Below, one piece after another: positions 25,731-35,767 of a DNA stretch of 64,000 bases (position 1 is the first letter of the stretch; every line of letters starts with the position of its first letter). The translations under genes were made by a program, and so were the position numbers. Below the pieces are notes generated by a model that was not told the origin of the DNA, searched no databases, and saw only the letters and a list, made by a program, of their open reading frames with translations. Source of the DNA: Elusimicrobiota bacterium (lineage in GTDB: Bacteria > Elusimicrobiota > Elusimicrobia > UBA1565); the NCBI GenBank assembly GCA_043819795.1, contig JBDREN010000083.1:5298-69297 (forward strand), read 5' to 3'.

Positions 25731-26563
25731 TAATAGACGCTTCGCGTGTCGGGCTGACGCTCCGATACGCCCCGGCGCCAGAGAAGGACGCCCGCGACCA
25801 GCAGTCCCGCCGACGAAAACCACTGGGAGGGAGAAAGGGCCGGCCACAAGAAAACGCCGCGGTCGTCGCCGCGAAAGAACTCGATAACGAAGCGCATCAA
25901 TGAATACAAGAATATGTAGCCGAGGAACGACGTGCCGTGGGTGAAACGCTTGCGCTCGATGTTCGGCAGCACGTAGTAGAGGAGAAAGAGCAGCAAAGCC
26001 AGCTCCCCCGCAGCCTCGTAGAGCTGGGTCGGATGAAGCGGCACCCCCATCAGCCCTTCGGACACGCTGCAGCCGGGATGGCTGAACGTCACGCCCCACG
26101 GCAGCGCCGTCGGCCGTCCGTGACAGCAACCCTGAGCGAAGCATCCGAGCCTGCCGAAAACATGCCCCATGGGAAGCGCGACGATCAGATAGTCGGCCAG
26201 GGGTAGGTACCGCCGCTTCTCCCGGCGTCCGCGGTTGAACACCCGCTGGAACGCCCAGCCGGCCAGCATCGCCCCGCCCAAGGAGGTCCAGAACACCCAG
26301 CCGATCTTCCAGCTCGACAGCATCTCCCGGGGCTCGGCGAGAAAGTCGCGCCATTCGACGACGAGGAACCCGATCTTCCCCCCCGCCAACCCCCCGAGAA
26401 CGAGGCTGTAGATCAGGGCCCAGAACTGGCCGGGGGTCTCTCCCGGAGCCTTTCCCCGAGGCCGCTCGACCCAGAGCCAGAGGATCCCCAGAGCGGCGCC
26501 GAAGACGACGAGCAGGCCGTAGAGCTCGAGGCGAAAAGGACCGGCGGTGAAGAAAGGCAGCAT
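25727..26563 (-). CDS. lgt: prolipoprotein diacylglyceryl transferase
   Basis: Motifs GRLGCFAQGCCHG, HPTQLYE; convergent 4-nt overlap with GT-C gene. Confidence 0.85.
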   Translation of the reverse strand: MLPFFTAGPFRLELYGLLVVFGAALGILWLWVERPRGKAPGETPGQFWALIYSLVLGGLAGGKIGFLVVEWRDFLAEPREMLSSWKIGWVFWTSLGGAMLAGWAFQRVFNRGRREKRRYLPLADYLIVALPMGHVFGRLGCFAQGCCHGRPTALPWGVTFSHPGCSVSEGLMGVPLHPTQLYEAAGELALLLFLLYYVLPNIERKRFTHGTSFLGYIFLYSLMRFVIEFFRGDDRGVFLWPALSPSQWFSSAGLLVAGVLLWRRGVSERQPDTRSVYY

Positions 26564-26576
26564 AAAACGAGACGCG

Positions 26577-27116
26577 TCAGTCCATCATGCGCAGGACCCC
26601 CAGCTTGGGCTGGGGAATCAGAGACTTGCTGAGGGAGCTGACCCCCTGCTGCATGAACATGGCGACGATGAGGATCACTGCCCCCATGATGAGCGCGACG
26701 CCCGTATTGCCCCTGCCGATCTCGACCTCCTCGTCGAGGTCGCGGGTCAGCACCTGGAAGAGCTTCAGCGCGATCTGGACGCACCCGACCGAGAGCAGGA
26801 AGCCCAAGACCAGGTGGCCGAGAGCGTAAGCGGCCAGCGCGAGCACTCCGTGCTCGGCCCCTCCGCGCCCCATGACGCCGACGGTGATGATGCTGACGAC
26901 GGGATAGATCGATTGGCGCATGATCAGCGCGGCGCCGGCCATCAGCGAGGCCATCAGCACCGAGACGGCGACGTTCCCCTTCCGGATCTCGGCCTCGGCG
27001 TCGAAGGCCGTGTTGAACCGGACGAAACTCTTGTAGCTCCAGAATACGATGAAGACCGACAGGACGATCGAGAGACCGAATTCCGCCAGACTAATCAAAA
27101 GACGCGTCCAGAACAT
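26577..27116 (-). CDS. DUF350-type membrane protein (two repeats ..AEIRKGNVAVSVL.. / ..VEIGRGNTGVALI..)
   Basis: Start MFWTRLL with GGGAGG SD; supplied ORF start is a GC-rich artefact extension. Confidence 0.7.
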   Translation of the reverse strand: MFWTRLLISLAEFGLSIVLSVFIVFWSYKSFVRFNTAFDAEAEIRKGNVAVSVLMASLMAGAALIMRQSIYPVVSIITVGVMGRGGAEHGVLALAAYALGHLVLGFLLSVGCVQIALKLFQVLTRDLDEEVEIGRGNTGVALIMGAVILIVAMFMQQGVSSLSKSLIPQPKLGVLRMMD

Positions 27117-27130
27117 CGAACCTCCCGTGT

Positions 27131-28222
27131 CTAAAGGTCGAGCGGCTGGATCCCGAACGAGTTGCCCGCCTCGAGATAGGCCCTCGTCGTGTCCCCGACC
27201 CGGCCCGGCGGCAGCCAAGCCGGACCCGCCGATTCGATCATCACGAAGGGGAACCCCTCGTGCTCGATGAATACGTCTCCGCTGCGCGGCACGCGCTGGA
27301 CGGCCATCAGGTAATGCCCGGGGATGGACAGTCCCACCATGCGCAGATTGGGCCAGCTCATGAGGATGCTCGCCAGGACCGCGGTCTTCGTGTCGCAGTC
27401 GCCCTGCCCGAGGGCCAGGGCCTTGGGCGGCGGCAGCATGCCCGCGATGACGCGGGAGCCTTCGCTCCTCCCGGGGACCTCGTAGCGCATGGCGGTCTGC
27501 ACCATGGCGGACGCCGCCCCCACGAGGTCCTCGGCGTCGTACCCGCGGCGACGCGAGAGGTCCGCGAAGCTCAAGGCCACGGGCCGCACCCGTTTCCAGT
27601 TGCGCCGCACCATGGCCGGGATATCCACCTCGAGGATGCCCTTTCCCTTCAAGCGGAAACCGGAGCGATCGAAGACCTCCAGCCGCCGCCGGCGGTACTC
27701 GCGGGCGAGGTCGGCGATCGTCCGATCCAGCTCCTGCTCGATCCGCGCGTTCTGGGCCTTGAGCCTCTCCATCTTGCGGGCGAGCTCCGCCCGGGTCTTG
27801 GCCGTCACCTTTCCGCTGACGTATCTCCCCTTGGCGGCGGCGATCGCGCTCTCCTGCGACCTTTTGTACCAAGCGTCGAGATCATCGAGCTCGTCCTGGC
27901 TGTAGCCGAACTCGCGGACCGAATCGGAGACCGTCCCGGAGTCCAGGCTCGCCTTGACCGACAGGACGTCCCCGTTGAAGTTCTTGAAACCGAACTCGAG
28001 GGAATAGCCATCCGGACCCTGGAGGATCCGGCGGTACGGGGGCGTCCTTTGGCGCGCGTCGCCGGAACCCATCGGCTCGAAGGGCCCGAAGCGGCGGGGC
28101 TCGAGCCGCTCGGCCGCGTGCGCTCCTCCCTGGTGGATCACCCAGGTAAAGCCCGCCAGATAGAGATATACCGACAGGGCCGAGAGGGCCCACCAACGCC
28201 CGCCGCGGGCTAGGCCGAGCAT
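27131..28222 (-). CDS. membrane-anchored protein with possible transglutaminase-like Cys-His fold (GQGDCDTKTAVLASIL...GLSIPGHY)
   Basis: N-terminal TM, coiled-coil segment, C-terminal C...H motif; weak assignment. Confidence 0.5.
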   Translation of the reverse strand: MLGLARGGRWWALSALSVYLYLAGFTWVIHQGGAHAAERLEPRRFGPFEPMGSGDARQRTPPYRRILQGPDGYSLEFGFKNFNGDVLSVKASLDSGTVSDSVREFGYSQDELDDLDAWYKRSQESAIAAAKGRYVSGKVTAKTRAELARKMERLKAQNARIEQELDRTIADLAREYRRRRLEVFDRSGFRLKGKGILEVDIPAMVRRNWKRVRPVALSFADLSRRRGYDAEDLVGAASAMVQTAMRYEVPGRSEGSRVIAGMLPPPKALALGQGDCDTKTAVLASILMSWPNLRMVGLSIPGHYLMAVQRVPRSGDVFIEHEGFPFVMIESAGPAWLPPGRVGDTTRAYLEAGNSFGIQPLDL

Positions 28223-28432
28223 GTCCGGATTGTATTCGCATTGGGAGCCCCTGGCAAGGGGTAGAACGCGAGGGTAGAACGCGAGGATGGGGATTCGCGA
28301 CGCGAATCTTCAGCCTTGCGCGACCTCACCGGTCCTTTAAGTCGGGCGCAAAGCGCCCGACGTCTCAAGTATCTTTGCGGAGCTAGGCGGCGATCGCGTA
28401 GAAATTCCGGTTCAGGACCTGGCTCATGCCGG

Positions 28433-29623
28433 TCAGTAGATCCATCCGGGAGCGGTGCGTCGCTTCTCCGGGACCCGGCGTCGGGGACGCCGCGCAGGCT
28501 CGAGGGTGCGAGGGACCTCCTCCTCGATATCCTCGAGCTCCTCCCTCTCGGGCATGCTCTCGATGAAGGGACGCCGCCGGGACTCCCGCTGCCGCGCCGA
28601 GACCCAACCGAACCGGTAGGTGAATCCGATGCGGTGGGTGTCGCTGAAGGTCTCCGTCATCCCCCAGGCGTAGTCGATGCCGATACCCCGCCAGGAAGCC
28701 CCGAATCCTATGGTCAGCCCCACCACGTCGCGGTTGAGCCGGTAGCCGAGCCGGAGCGCGTGCTGCTGGAGCACGGAGTACTCCATGCCGAGATTCACGT
28801 ACCACTGCCGCTCGAAGGTGAGGTACTCCCCGTCTGCGGCGAGCAGCAAGGCCCTGCTCTCTCCCAGCGTCACCGCGCCCGGGAGGGCCGGCCTGTAGGC
28901 GAACCCGCCGCGCACGGTCAGCGGCAGGGGATCGCCCTCCTCGATGAACCGCATATCGCTGCCCAGGTTCAGGACGGAGGCCCCCGCGGTGACGCCCACG
29001 TCGGGAACGTCGAGGAAATAGCCGATGTCGCTGGCGAAAGCGGTGGCCGAGTACGTCTGCGCCAAAGTCGACCGGACGAGCTTGCCGCTGACACCCAGGA
29101 AATGGTGCAGGCCGACGGGGCCGCGCTTGGTGTCGATATCGAAGCGCCCGAGACGCTCGGAGTAGCCCACGGAGAGGACCAGATCCCCCCCGGCGCTGAG
29201 GGACTCCGATCCCAGGAAAGAGCCGTCGGAAGCCGTCCGGTTGACCTCGATGGAGCCGTGCTGCGCGAAGAGCAGGCTCGCTCCCAGCGAGGCGTATCCG
29301 GAGCCGATGATCCCGGGCAGCGCAAGCGGAGTGCCGGCCGAGATATGCTCGATGGTCTGGTCCTCGATGCCCTTGAGGTACATGAAGCTGACCTCGCTGT
29401 GGTCGAGGTTGCTCAAGCCCGCGGGGTTGTAGAAGAGGGCCGACGCGTCCGAGGCGACGCCCGTGAACGCCCCGCCCATTCCCACCGCCCGCGCGCCCAC
29501 CGGCAGCTGCAGCACCGGCGCGGCCGTCACCCCGGGGTTCTCCGCTGCGAAGCACGGCGCCCCCGCGGCGGCTCCCGCCGCCCAGGCCGCCGCGAAAAGA
29601 ACCGTCGGCCGCATTCTCAGCAT
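28433..29623 (-). CDS. PorV/PorQ-like (UPF0164-type) outer-membrane beta-barrel protein
   Basis: Signal peptide; hallmark N-terminal motif GARAVGMGGAFTGVASDASALFYNPAGL; beta-barrel periodicity. Confidence 0.6.
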   Translation of the reverse strand: MLRMRPTVLFAAAWAAGAAAGAPCFAAENPGVTAAPVLQLPVGARAVGMGGAFTGVASDASALFYNPAGLSNLDHSEVSFMYLKGIEDQTIEHISAGTPLALPGIIGSGYASLGASLLFAQHGSIEVNRTASDGSFLGSESLSAGGDLVLSVGYSERLGRFDIDTKRGPVGLHHFLGVSGKLVRSTLAQTYSATAFASDIGYFLDVPDVGVTAGASVLNLGSDMRFIEEGDPLPLTVRGGFAYRPALPGAVTLGESRALLLAADGEYLTFERQWYVNLGMEYSVLQQHALRLGYRLNRDVVGLTIGFGASWRGIGIDYAWGMTETFSDTHRIGFTYRFGWVSARQRESRRRPFIESMPEREELEDIEEEVPRTLEPARRPRRRVPEKRRTAPGWIY

Positions 29624-29636
29624 CGCGTTCAGGCGT

Positions 29637-32600
29637 CTACTTGACGACGATCACCTTCTTCGTCTCCCGGATACCCGGAGCCTCCAGGTTCAGCAGATAG
29701 ATGCCGCTCGCCACGCGGCTGCCCAGCCGGTTCGCCCCGGACCAGTCGACCGAGCCCTTCCCGGCCGGCTTGAACTCGTCGATGAGCGTCAGCACGTGCC
29801 GTCCCGTGCGCGTGAACAGGCGCAGGCGCACGTGGCCCGCGCTCTGGATCTCGTAGCGGATGGTCGTGAACTCGCCCCGACTCGGATTGAAGACGTTGTT
29901 GAACGGCGTCAGCGCCGTCCTGTCGGCCGTCAGGTTGATCGCCGGCGAGAACCCGAGAGACTGCACGTGTCCGAGCGGGTTCCCCCCGAAGACCTCGAGG
30001 TGGACCGTCCCGACGGCCCGGAAGCGCTCGTTGAAGCCCGAAGCGAGCGCCAACGTCCCGCTGACCCTCCCGAGCCCGTTGCTCGAGGAGACGAACGTCA
30101 AGAAGGGAGAGGCTCCGTCGGTCGCCGTCCCCGGCAACACCCGGAGCGCATGGTCGCGCAGTCGCGCATGATGGAACATGTAGTTCTGCGACGTCACGAA
30201 GGTGGCCACGCGGACCTCGAAGCTTATGACGTCGTTGTCGAACGACGCCGCGACGATGCTCGACGCGACCGGGCCGGCCCGGCTGTACTCGGCCTCCAGC
30301 CCGTAGAACTCGGTGGAGTTGTTGTTCGTGACCAGAGCGTACTCGTCCCCCTCCGGCGCCGAGACCACGAGGAAGTACTGATCGGAGCGGGGGCTGACGT
30401 ACTCGAGCACGACCTTCCGGCTGCTCGTCCGGCAGCCCGTGTCGGGACAATAGCCCCCGAGCGTCGGATTGATATCGATCACGGGCCCGGCCTTCCGCAC
30501 GATCTCGTAGCGCGAGTCGATGAGCGACATCGAGTAGGCGCGGTAGGTCCCCGGAAAGCCCGGGTCCTGGGGGAGCGTCAGCGTGAGCCGGATGAGCCCC
30601 TCGGCGGCTCCGAAGGCGTAATAATCCAGATCGGCCGCCGGATAGATGCGGGCGCTGATGACCGGCGCGGTCGTGATGTCCGTCGCGGACTGGATCCCGT
30701 TGTTCGGCTCGTAGACGTCCTCGTCCGGCGGGTTGAGCACGATGTTGTGCAGCGCGAAGGCGTTCACGATGTCGCCGCCGCGGAGGTTGTCCCCCCCGCA
30801 GGCCGCCACGAGGGCCGCGGCGCGCTTATCGACCTCCAGCATCGCCTCCAGGAAATCCTCAAAACTGTCCGGAAAGAAGAACAGCGCCTGGAACACGAGC
30901 CCGTCGGCGCAGGCCTGGCCGTTGGCCGCGCCCAGCTGGGTCATGAGCTGTCCGCGCAGCCCCCACACAGCCTGGCTGATCATGCGGCTGTCGTCGTGGA
31001 TCGCGCCGGTCCAGTGGGCCGGGAAGATCACACAGGCCGTCTCAGACGGGCAGTCCAGCTCGCGCAGGGCTCCCTCGCTCTGGAACCCGACGTTGGCGTA
31101 CGTTCCTATGGCGCTGTTCCCCAGCGAGCTCGCGGCGAAGTAGTCGGCGAGGGCCTCCGAGATCGCTCCGAACTGGCCGAAGTTGATGATCGGATAGATC
31201 TGGTCCACGACGAAGTGGACGTACTCGTGTCGCACCACGCTCGCGTCCAGCGCCAGGCTGTTGCCGACGTCCCCGAACATGAGGTTCTCGTGCAGCGGGT
31301 CGTAGAAAGCGTTGGAAAGCCCCGGCCCCGCTCGAGCCATGACGGGCACCGGCTTGTCGATATCGGCGCCATCCGCGCTGTTCGGCCCGTCGGCGAAATA
31401 GTCGTGCATCCTATTGATGTGGTAGAAGAGGTTTATCTCGTCTTCGGTCCCGTCGAAAGTGCGGGCCGTGGTCCACGTGAAGGTCGCCGTCGCGTTGTCG
31501 CTGGAGCCGGGGCTGTTCGTCAGATAAAGGTAGCTGGAGTGGCTGATGTCGAAGCCGTTGCGCGTGCCGCTCTCGTTGGACTTCAGCCGCAGGCGCAGCT
31601 GCGTGCCCGCCACGGCCGCGCCGTTGAACGGGCCCCGATTGCCCAGGTAGCCGGCCACCGGGTAGCCGTCGGCGTCCAGGATGGCGACTTGGTCGTCGTC
31701 GGTGATTTCGAGATCACCCGCGAAAAACTCGATGCCTCCCACGTCGAAAGAGCTGAATACCGGCAGGAGCTTCACGGCTCCGGGGGCATCCTGCGGCGTC
31801 GCGTTGATCGTCGAGATGAGGACGGCGTCGTTCGAGTAGGGGTGCGGCGAGGACAGCGGCGTGGAGAAGGTCTTCCATTTCCCCCCGCCGTTGTCGTAGT
31901 GGGCGTTGGGGACGTTGAAGTTGGCCACATGGACGTACGGTCCCTGAAGGGAGGTGAAGATCTTCCCCGCGGTCTGGCTGCAGAAGAACCCGTTCGCGTC
32001 GGTCAGGGCGAAGGTGCTCGAATCGACCACGTAGACGCGCTGGTTCTTGAACGGCCGGACGGACAACGGCGAGGTGCCCGCGTCTATGTCGTAAACGTTC
32101 CCGGTCACGGTCCCCGAGCTCGCGCACGCGGCCTGGAACCGGAGGTCGTTGTAGCGCAAGAGGATCTCGCCCGAGCCCGCGTCCACGTAGTAGATCCAGC
32201 CGCCGCCGCGGCCCGAAACGCGGAACCTCCACGCCAGACGCACGGCATCGGAGCCGCGCAGAGGGAAGAACACCAGACGCCCTCCCCGAGGCCGCGGCGC
32301 CGCGCCGCCCAGGTCCGCCGCGGCGCGCAGCGCGGCCGCGGCCTCGTCGAGGCGAGGCACGGGGGATTCCCGGACGCCCGGGCGGTAGCTCGACTGGAGG
32401 CTCAGGATGGCGCCGGCCTCGTCGAGGTGCACCTTGACCCGCGAGAACTCGACGGGGACTCCCTCGACCACCTGCTCGAACAGAAGGTGATGGATCCCGC
32501 CCGCGGTGCGCCCCAGCTCCAGGCGAAGCTCGTCGGCGCGCAGACCCAGCTCCGGGCCGTATTCCCGCAGGAAGGCCACCGCCACCTCGCGCGCCTCCAC

Positions 32601-32927
32601 TCGGGCCCGCGGCGTCCCCCCGGGACCGACGCCCTTCGGACCGAAGCGCAGGCTGTGACGCCCCCGGCGGGCGCCGTTGAAGCGCCGTACCGCGGCGCGC
32701 GCCCGCCGAGACCTCCCCACCGCGCGCGTGCGGGGCGGCTCGGGCCGGTCCAGGCCGAAGCGTCCGGCGTCGTCGCGATGATGCGGCTCCGGACGCACGG
32801 CGAACGCGGCGCGGGCGCCGCCCGCCATGAGCAGCGCGGCCAACGCCCCGGAAGTCATCAACACACGGGCCCCGCGAGCCGGGGCTCGCGGGGAGACCGC
32901 CGGAGGCCTGGATACCCGGCGCATCAC
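29637..32927 (-). CDS. secreted zinc metalloprotease (fungalysin/thermolysin-like, HEYVHFV) with C-terminal T9SS-type sorting domain (ends KKVIVVK)
   Basis: HExxH motif VRHEYVHFV; propeptide-like N-terminus; C-terminal ~80 aa matches Por secretion CTD pattern (FNPSRGEFTTIRYEI...GIYLLNLEAPG...KKVIVVK). Alternative start 32858. Confidence 0.75.
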   Translation of the reverse strand: MMRRVSRPPAVSPRAPARGARVLMTSGALAALLMAGGARAAFAVRPEPHHRDDAGRFGLDRPEPPRTRAVGRSRRARAAVRRFNGARRGRHSLRFGPKGVGPGGTPRARVEAREVAVAFLREYGPELGLRADELRLELGRTAGGIHHLLFEQVVEGVPVEFSRVKVHLDEAGAILSLQSSYRPGVRESPVPRLDEAAAALRAAADLGGAAPRPRGGRLVFFPLRGSDAVRLAWRFRVSGRGGGWIYYVDAGSGEILLRYNDLRFQAACASSGTVTGNVYDIDAGTSPLSVRPFKNQRVYVVDSSTFALTDANGFFCSQTAGKIFTSLQGPYVHVANFNVPNAHYDNGGGKWKTFSTPLSSPHPYSNDAVLISTINATPQDAPGAVKLLPVFSSFDVGGIEFFAGDLEITDDDQVAILDADGYPVAGYLGNRGPFNGAAVAGTQLRLRLKSNESGTRNGFDISHSSYLYLTNSPGSSDNATATFTWTTARTFDGTEDEINLFYHINRMHDYFADGPNSADGADIDKPVPVMARAGPGLSNAFYDPLHENLMFGDVGNSLALDASVVRHEYVHFVVDQIYPIINFGQFGAISEALADYFAASSLGNSAIGTYANVGFQSEGALRELDCPSETACVIFPAHWTGAIHDDSRMISQAVWGLRGQLMTQLGAANGQACADGLVFQALFFFPDSFEDFLEAMLEVDKRAAALVAACGGDNLRGGDIVNAFALHNIVLNPPDEDVYEPNNGIQSATDITTAPVISARIYPAADLDYYAFGAAEGLIRLTLTLPQDPGFPGTYRAYSMSLIDSRYEIVRKAGPVIDINPTLGGYCPDTGCRTSSRKVVLEYVSPRSDQYFLVVSAPEGDEYALVTNNNSTEFYGLEAEYSRAGPVASSIVAASFDNDVISFEVRVATFVTSQNYMFHHARLRDHALRVLPGTATDGASPFLTFVSSSNGLGRVSGTLALASGFNERFRAVGTVHLEVFGGNPLGHVQSLGFSPAINLTADRTALTPFNNVFNPSRGEFTTIRYEIQSAGHVRLRLFTRTGRHVLTLIDEFKPAGKGSVDWSGANRLGSRVASGIYLLNLEAPGIRETKKVIVVK

Positions 32928-34039
32928 TTCTTCCTGGACCCCCCCGCCCGCTGCAGGAGGTTCACAAGGGCCGCGGCCGCCCGCACCCGCACGCGCATCT
33001 CGCGGTCATCGAGCGCGCTCTCGAGCTCCTCGATCGCCGCGTCCCCCCCGACCGTCTCGAGCACCTCGACGGCGAGCACGCGGGTGTCGACGTCATGCTG
33101 ATAGAGGGCACGCCGGGCGGCGGAAAGGTCCACCTTCTCGCCCGCGCGCGCCAGGCCGGCGATCGCGAGAAGCTCGATGAAGACGTTCGCGGAGGTCCGC
33201 CGCGCCTTCTCCAGATGCTGCACGGCGCCTCCGGCCCCGAGACGCCCCATCGCCGCCACGGCCTTCGAACGCACGAGCTCGTTCTGATCCTCGGCGCCGG
33301 CGGACAGCTCCTCGATGCCCAGGACGCTGCCGGACTCGCCCAGCGCCTCCATCGCGGCCGCGCGGACCTGGTGGCTCGGGTCCTTGGCCAGCGCCTTGAG
33401 ATACCGGACCGCCTCCGGCGCCGCCGAGACCGACGCGACCTCTCCTAGAGCGCGCGCGGCCTTCACCCGGATCTGGGTATTGTCGCTGCCGACGGCATCC
33501 ATGATACTGCCCATCTCCCGGTCGCTTCCGAGCCTCGCCAGCGCGACCGCGGCCGCGTCCCGCACCGCTCCGTCCCGGTCGGAAAGCGCGCCCTCCAAGA
33601 CCTTCACCGACGACGGCTCGGCCATGCGCCCCAGCGCCCGCGAGGCGACGACGCGGACCTTGTTGCGGGCGATGTAGCGCAACTCCTGAACCGCGCTGAG
33701 GGACGCGCCCTCCTCGGGGGGGTCCGGAGCCGCCTCGACGATCTTCTCCACCTCGACCACGCCGCTCTTGTCCCCCAGCTGATACAGGCTCCCCGCGGCC
33801 GCGATCCGCACGTTGGCGTTCCGGTCCTTCAAGGCGCGCTTGAGGACCCGCGCGGAGGCCCGGTTGCCGATCGGCCCCCATTGCTCGGCGGCCAGCACCC
33901 GGATATCGGAATCATCGTTCAGCATCGCCGAATAGAGGATCTCGAGGGCCTTCGCCCCGAGGGCGGCCTTCGGGTCCTTCCCGCCCGCGGGCCCGGCCAG
34001 CGGCGCGCGGGGAAGAGCCCCGACAAGGACGCCCACCAT
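32924..34039 (-). CDS. HEAT/PBS-lyase-type repeat protein with N-terminal hydrophobic segment; start uncertain (alternative ATG 34186)
   Basis: Repeated ..VR..AA.ALG.. HEAT-like units; stop abuts protease start. Confidence 0.55.
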   Translation of the reverse strand: MVGVLVGALPRAPLAGPAGGKDPKAALGAKALEILYSAMLNDDSDIRVLAAEQWGPIGNRASARVLKRALKDRNANVRIAAAGSLYQLGDKSGVVEVEKIVEAAPDPPEEGASLSAVQELRYIARNKVRVVASRALGRMAEPSSVKVLEGALSDRDGAVRDAAAVALARLGSDREMGSIMDAVGSDNTQIRVKAARALGEVASVSAAPEAVRYLKALAKDPSHQVRAAAMEALGESGSVLGIEELSAGAEDQNELVRSKAVAAMGRLGAGGAVQHLEKARRTSANVFIELLAIAGLARAGEKVDLSAARRALYQHDVDTRVLAVEVLETVGGDAAIEELESALDDREMRVRVRAAAALVNLLQRAGGSRKK

Positions 34040-34196
34040 AAAGGTTACGACGACGCATTTAGGAAAAGATTGCGCGGATGTTGCCGGAAGATGAACAACC
34101 GGGGCCCGGCGGCCGGCCTCCCGGACCGGGGCCTCGCGGCGCGGGAGCTTTTTGGCGGGGCGCCGATGCGGGATAGGGGTGAGCATGGCCAAGAAG

Positions 34197-34268
34197 TGCG
34201 CCCGGCAGGAATCGAACCTGCACCAGCGGTTCCGAAGACCGCTACTCTATCCGTTGAGCTACGGGCGC
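34197..34268 (-). tRNA. tRNA-Arg (anticodon TCG), 72 nt
   Basis: Hand-folded cloverleaf: acceptor GCGCCCG/CGGGCGC, D-stem GCTC/GAGT, anticodon stem GCGGT/ACCGC, loop CTTCGGA, T-stem GCAGG/CCTGC, T-loop TTCGATT. Confidence 0.9.
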
Positions 34269-34364
34269 CAGCCCTAAGTTTAAGAGGCCTCCGTCATACT
34301 GTCAATACCAAGAAAAACCCGCGGCCGCGGCGAGCCGGCGAACTTCCCCGCGCCGTCGATAATT

Positions 34365-34373
34365 TGCTAGAAT
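34365..34373 (+). promoter_or_regulatory. extended -10 element TGcTAGAAT upstream of yebC
   Basis: 30 nt upstream of ATG 34403; GGAGGGG SD follows. Confidence 0.3.
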
Positions 34374-34402
34374 ATCTCAACATTATTTCGGAGGGGCGAG
34401 AA

Positions 34403-35155
34403 ATGTCCGGGCATTCGAAATGGGCCAGCATCAAGCACAAAAAAGCGGTCGTGGACGCCAAGAAAGGCAAGGTGTGGACCAAACTCGTGCGCGAAATAAC
34501 GATCGCCGCCAAGCTCGGGGGCGGCAACCCGGACAATAACCCCCGCCTGCGCAAGGCCATCGACGACGGCCGCGCCTCGAACATGCCCGCCGACAACGTC
34601 AAGCGCGCGATCCAGAAAGGGACGGGGGAGCTCCCGGGCGCCCTCTACGAGGAGCTGACGTTCGAAGGGTACGCCCCGGGCGGCGTCGCGGTCTATTGCG
34701 AGGGCAGCACCGATAATCGCAACCGGACCACCAACCAAGTCCGCAAGATATACGAGGACAACGGCGGGAACATGGGCAGCACCGGCTGCGTCTCCTTCCT
34801 GTTCGAGCGCAAGGGCTACCTGAGGGTCAAGAAGGAGCGGACCTCCGAGGAAGCGCTCATGGACATGGTCCTGGAGCTCGGCGCCGACGACCTCAAGGCG
34901 GATAGCGCCGACGATTTCGAGGTGCTCACCGCCCCGGAAAGCTTCGAGAAAGTCCGCGACGGCCTCAAGGAGAAAGGAATCCCGTTCGAGTCGGCGGAGA
35001 TCACGATGATGCCGAAGACCACGGTCGTCCTCGACGAGGCCAAAGCCGCCAAGAACCTGAAGCTGATCGAGGCCCTCGAGGAACACGACGACATCTCGCA
35101 CGTCTACGCGAACTTCGACATCCCCGACGAGATTTTTGCCGCCCTTGAGAAATAA
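34403..35155 (+). CDS. yebC: YebC/PmpR family transcriptional regulator
   Basis: MSGHSKWASIKHKKAVVDAKKGKVWTKL... canonical family N-terminus. Confidence 0.9.
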   Translation: MSGHSKWASIKHKKAVVDAKKGKVWTKLVREITIAAKLGGGNPDNNPRLRKAIDDGRASNMPADNVKRAIQKGTGELPGALYEELTFEGYAPGGVAVYCEGSTDNRNRTTNQVRKIYEDNGGNMGSTGCVSFLFERKGYLRVKKERTSEEALMDMVLELGADDLKADSADDFEVLTAPESFEKVRDGLKEKGIPFESAEITMMPKTTVVLDEAKAAKNLKLIEALEEHDDISHVYANFDIPDEIFAALEK

Positions 35156-35245
35156 CCGGCCTGGACAAGGCGACCCCGGCGTGAACCGCGTCCTGGGGGC
35201 GGTCCCCCCGGCGGCGGAGCCGCGTCAATGAAGAAAGACCCCGGA

Positions 35246-35767
35246 ATGGACCGTGTTCTTGGAGTCGACCCCGGGCTCTCCGAGACGGGCTGGGCGGTGC
35301 TGGAAGGGCCGGGGAGCCGGCAGGCCCGTCTGGTCGCAAGCGGCTGCATCCGCACCTCGCCCCGGACCCCCCTGCCGCTGCGCCTGCGGGAGATCCACGG
35401 AGAGGTCGCCCGCCTCCTGCGGGCGCACCGGCCCGGCCACATGGCGGTCGAAGAGATGTTCTTCCTCAAGGCCGCGCACACGATCCGCGCGACGCTGCAG
35501 GCCCGCGGCGTGGTCCTGCTCGCGGCCTCCCAGTCCGGCACGCCCGTCACGGAGTACAACCCGCGCCAGGTGAAGATATCGCTCACCGGCTCCGGCAACG
35601 CGGCGAAACCCCAGATGCAGCGCATGGTCCAGGCGGCGCTTGGCCTGGCCGACAGGCTGACACCCGACGACGTGGCCGACGCGGCCGCGATCGCCCTGTG
35701 CCAACTGCGCTCGAGCCGCCTGAAGAGCCTCGTCGTCCTCGACCGCGTCGGCGGGAGGAAGGCATGA
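35246..35767 (+). CDS. ruvC: crossover junction endodeoxyribonuclease RuvC
   Basis: [19 protein letters not shown]...; alternative upstream ATG 35228. Confidence 0.85.
   Translation: MDRVLGVDPGLSETGWAVLEGPGSRQARLVASGCIRTSPRTPLPLRLREIHGEVARLLRAHRPGHMAVEEMFFLKAAHTIRATLQARGVVLLAASQSGTPVTEYNPRQVKISLTGSGNAAKPQMQRMVQAALGLADRLTPDDVADAAAIALCQLRSSRLKSLVVLDRVGGRKA

Noticed and set aside
33940-34186. R-rich N-terminal extension of HEAT protein as additional repeat copy
   Set aside because: Only loose resemblance (gcccgcggg..gaagg..cgaaggc); not enough identity to call.
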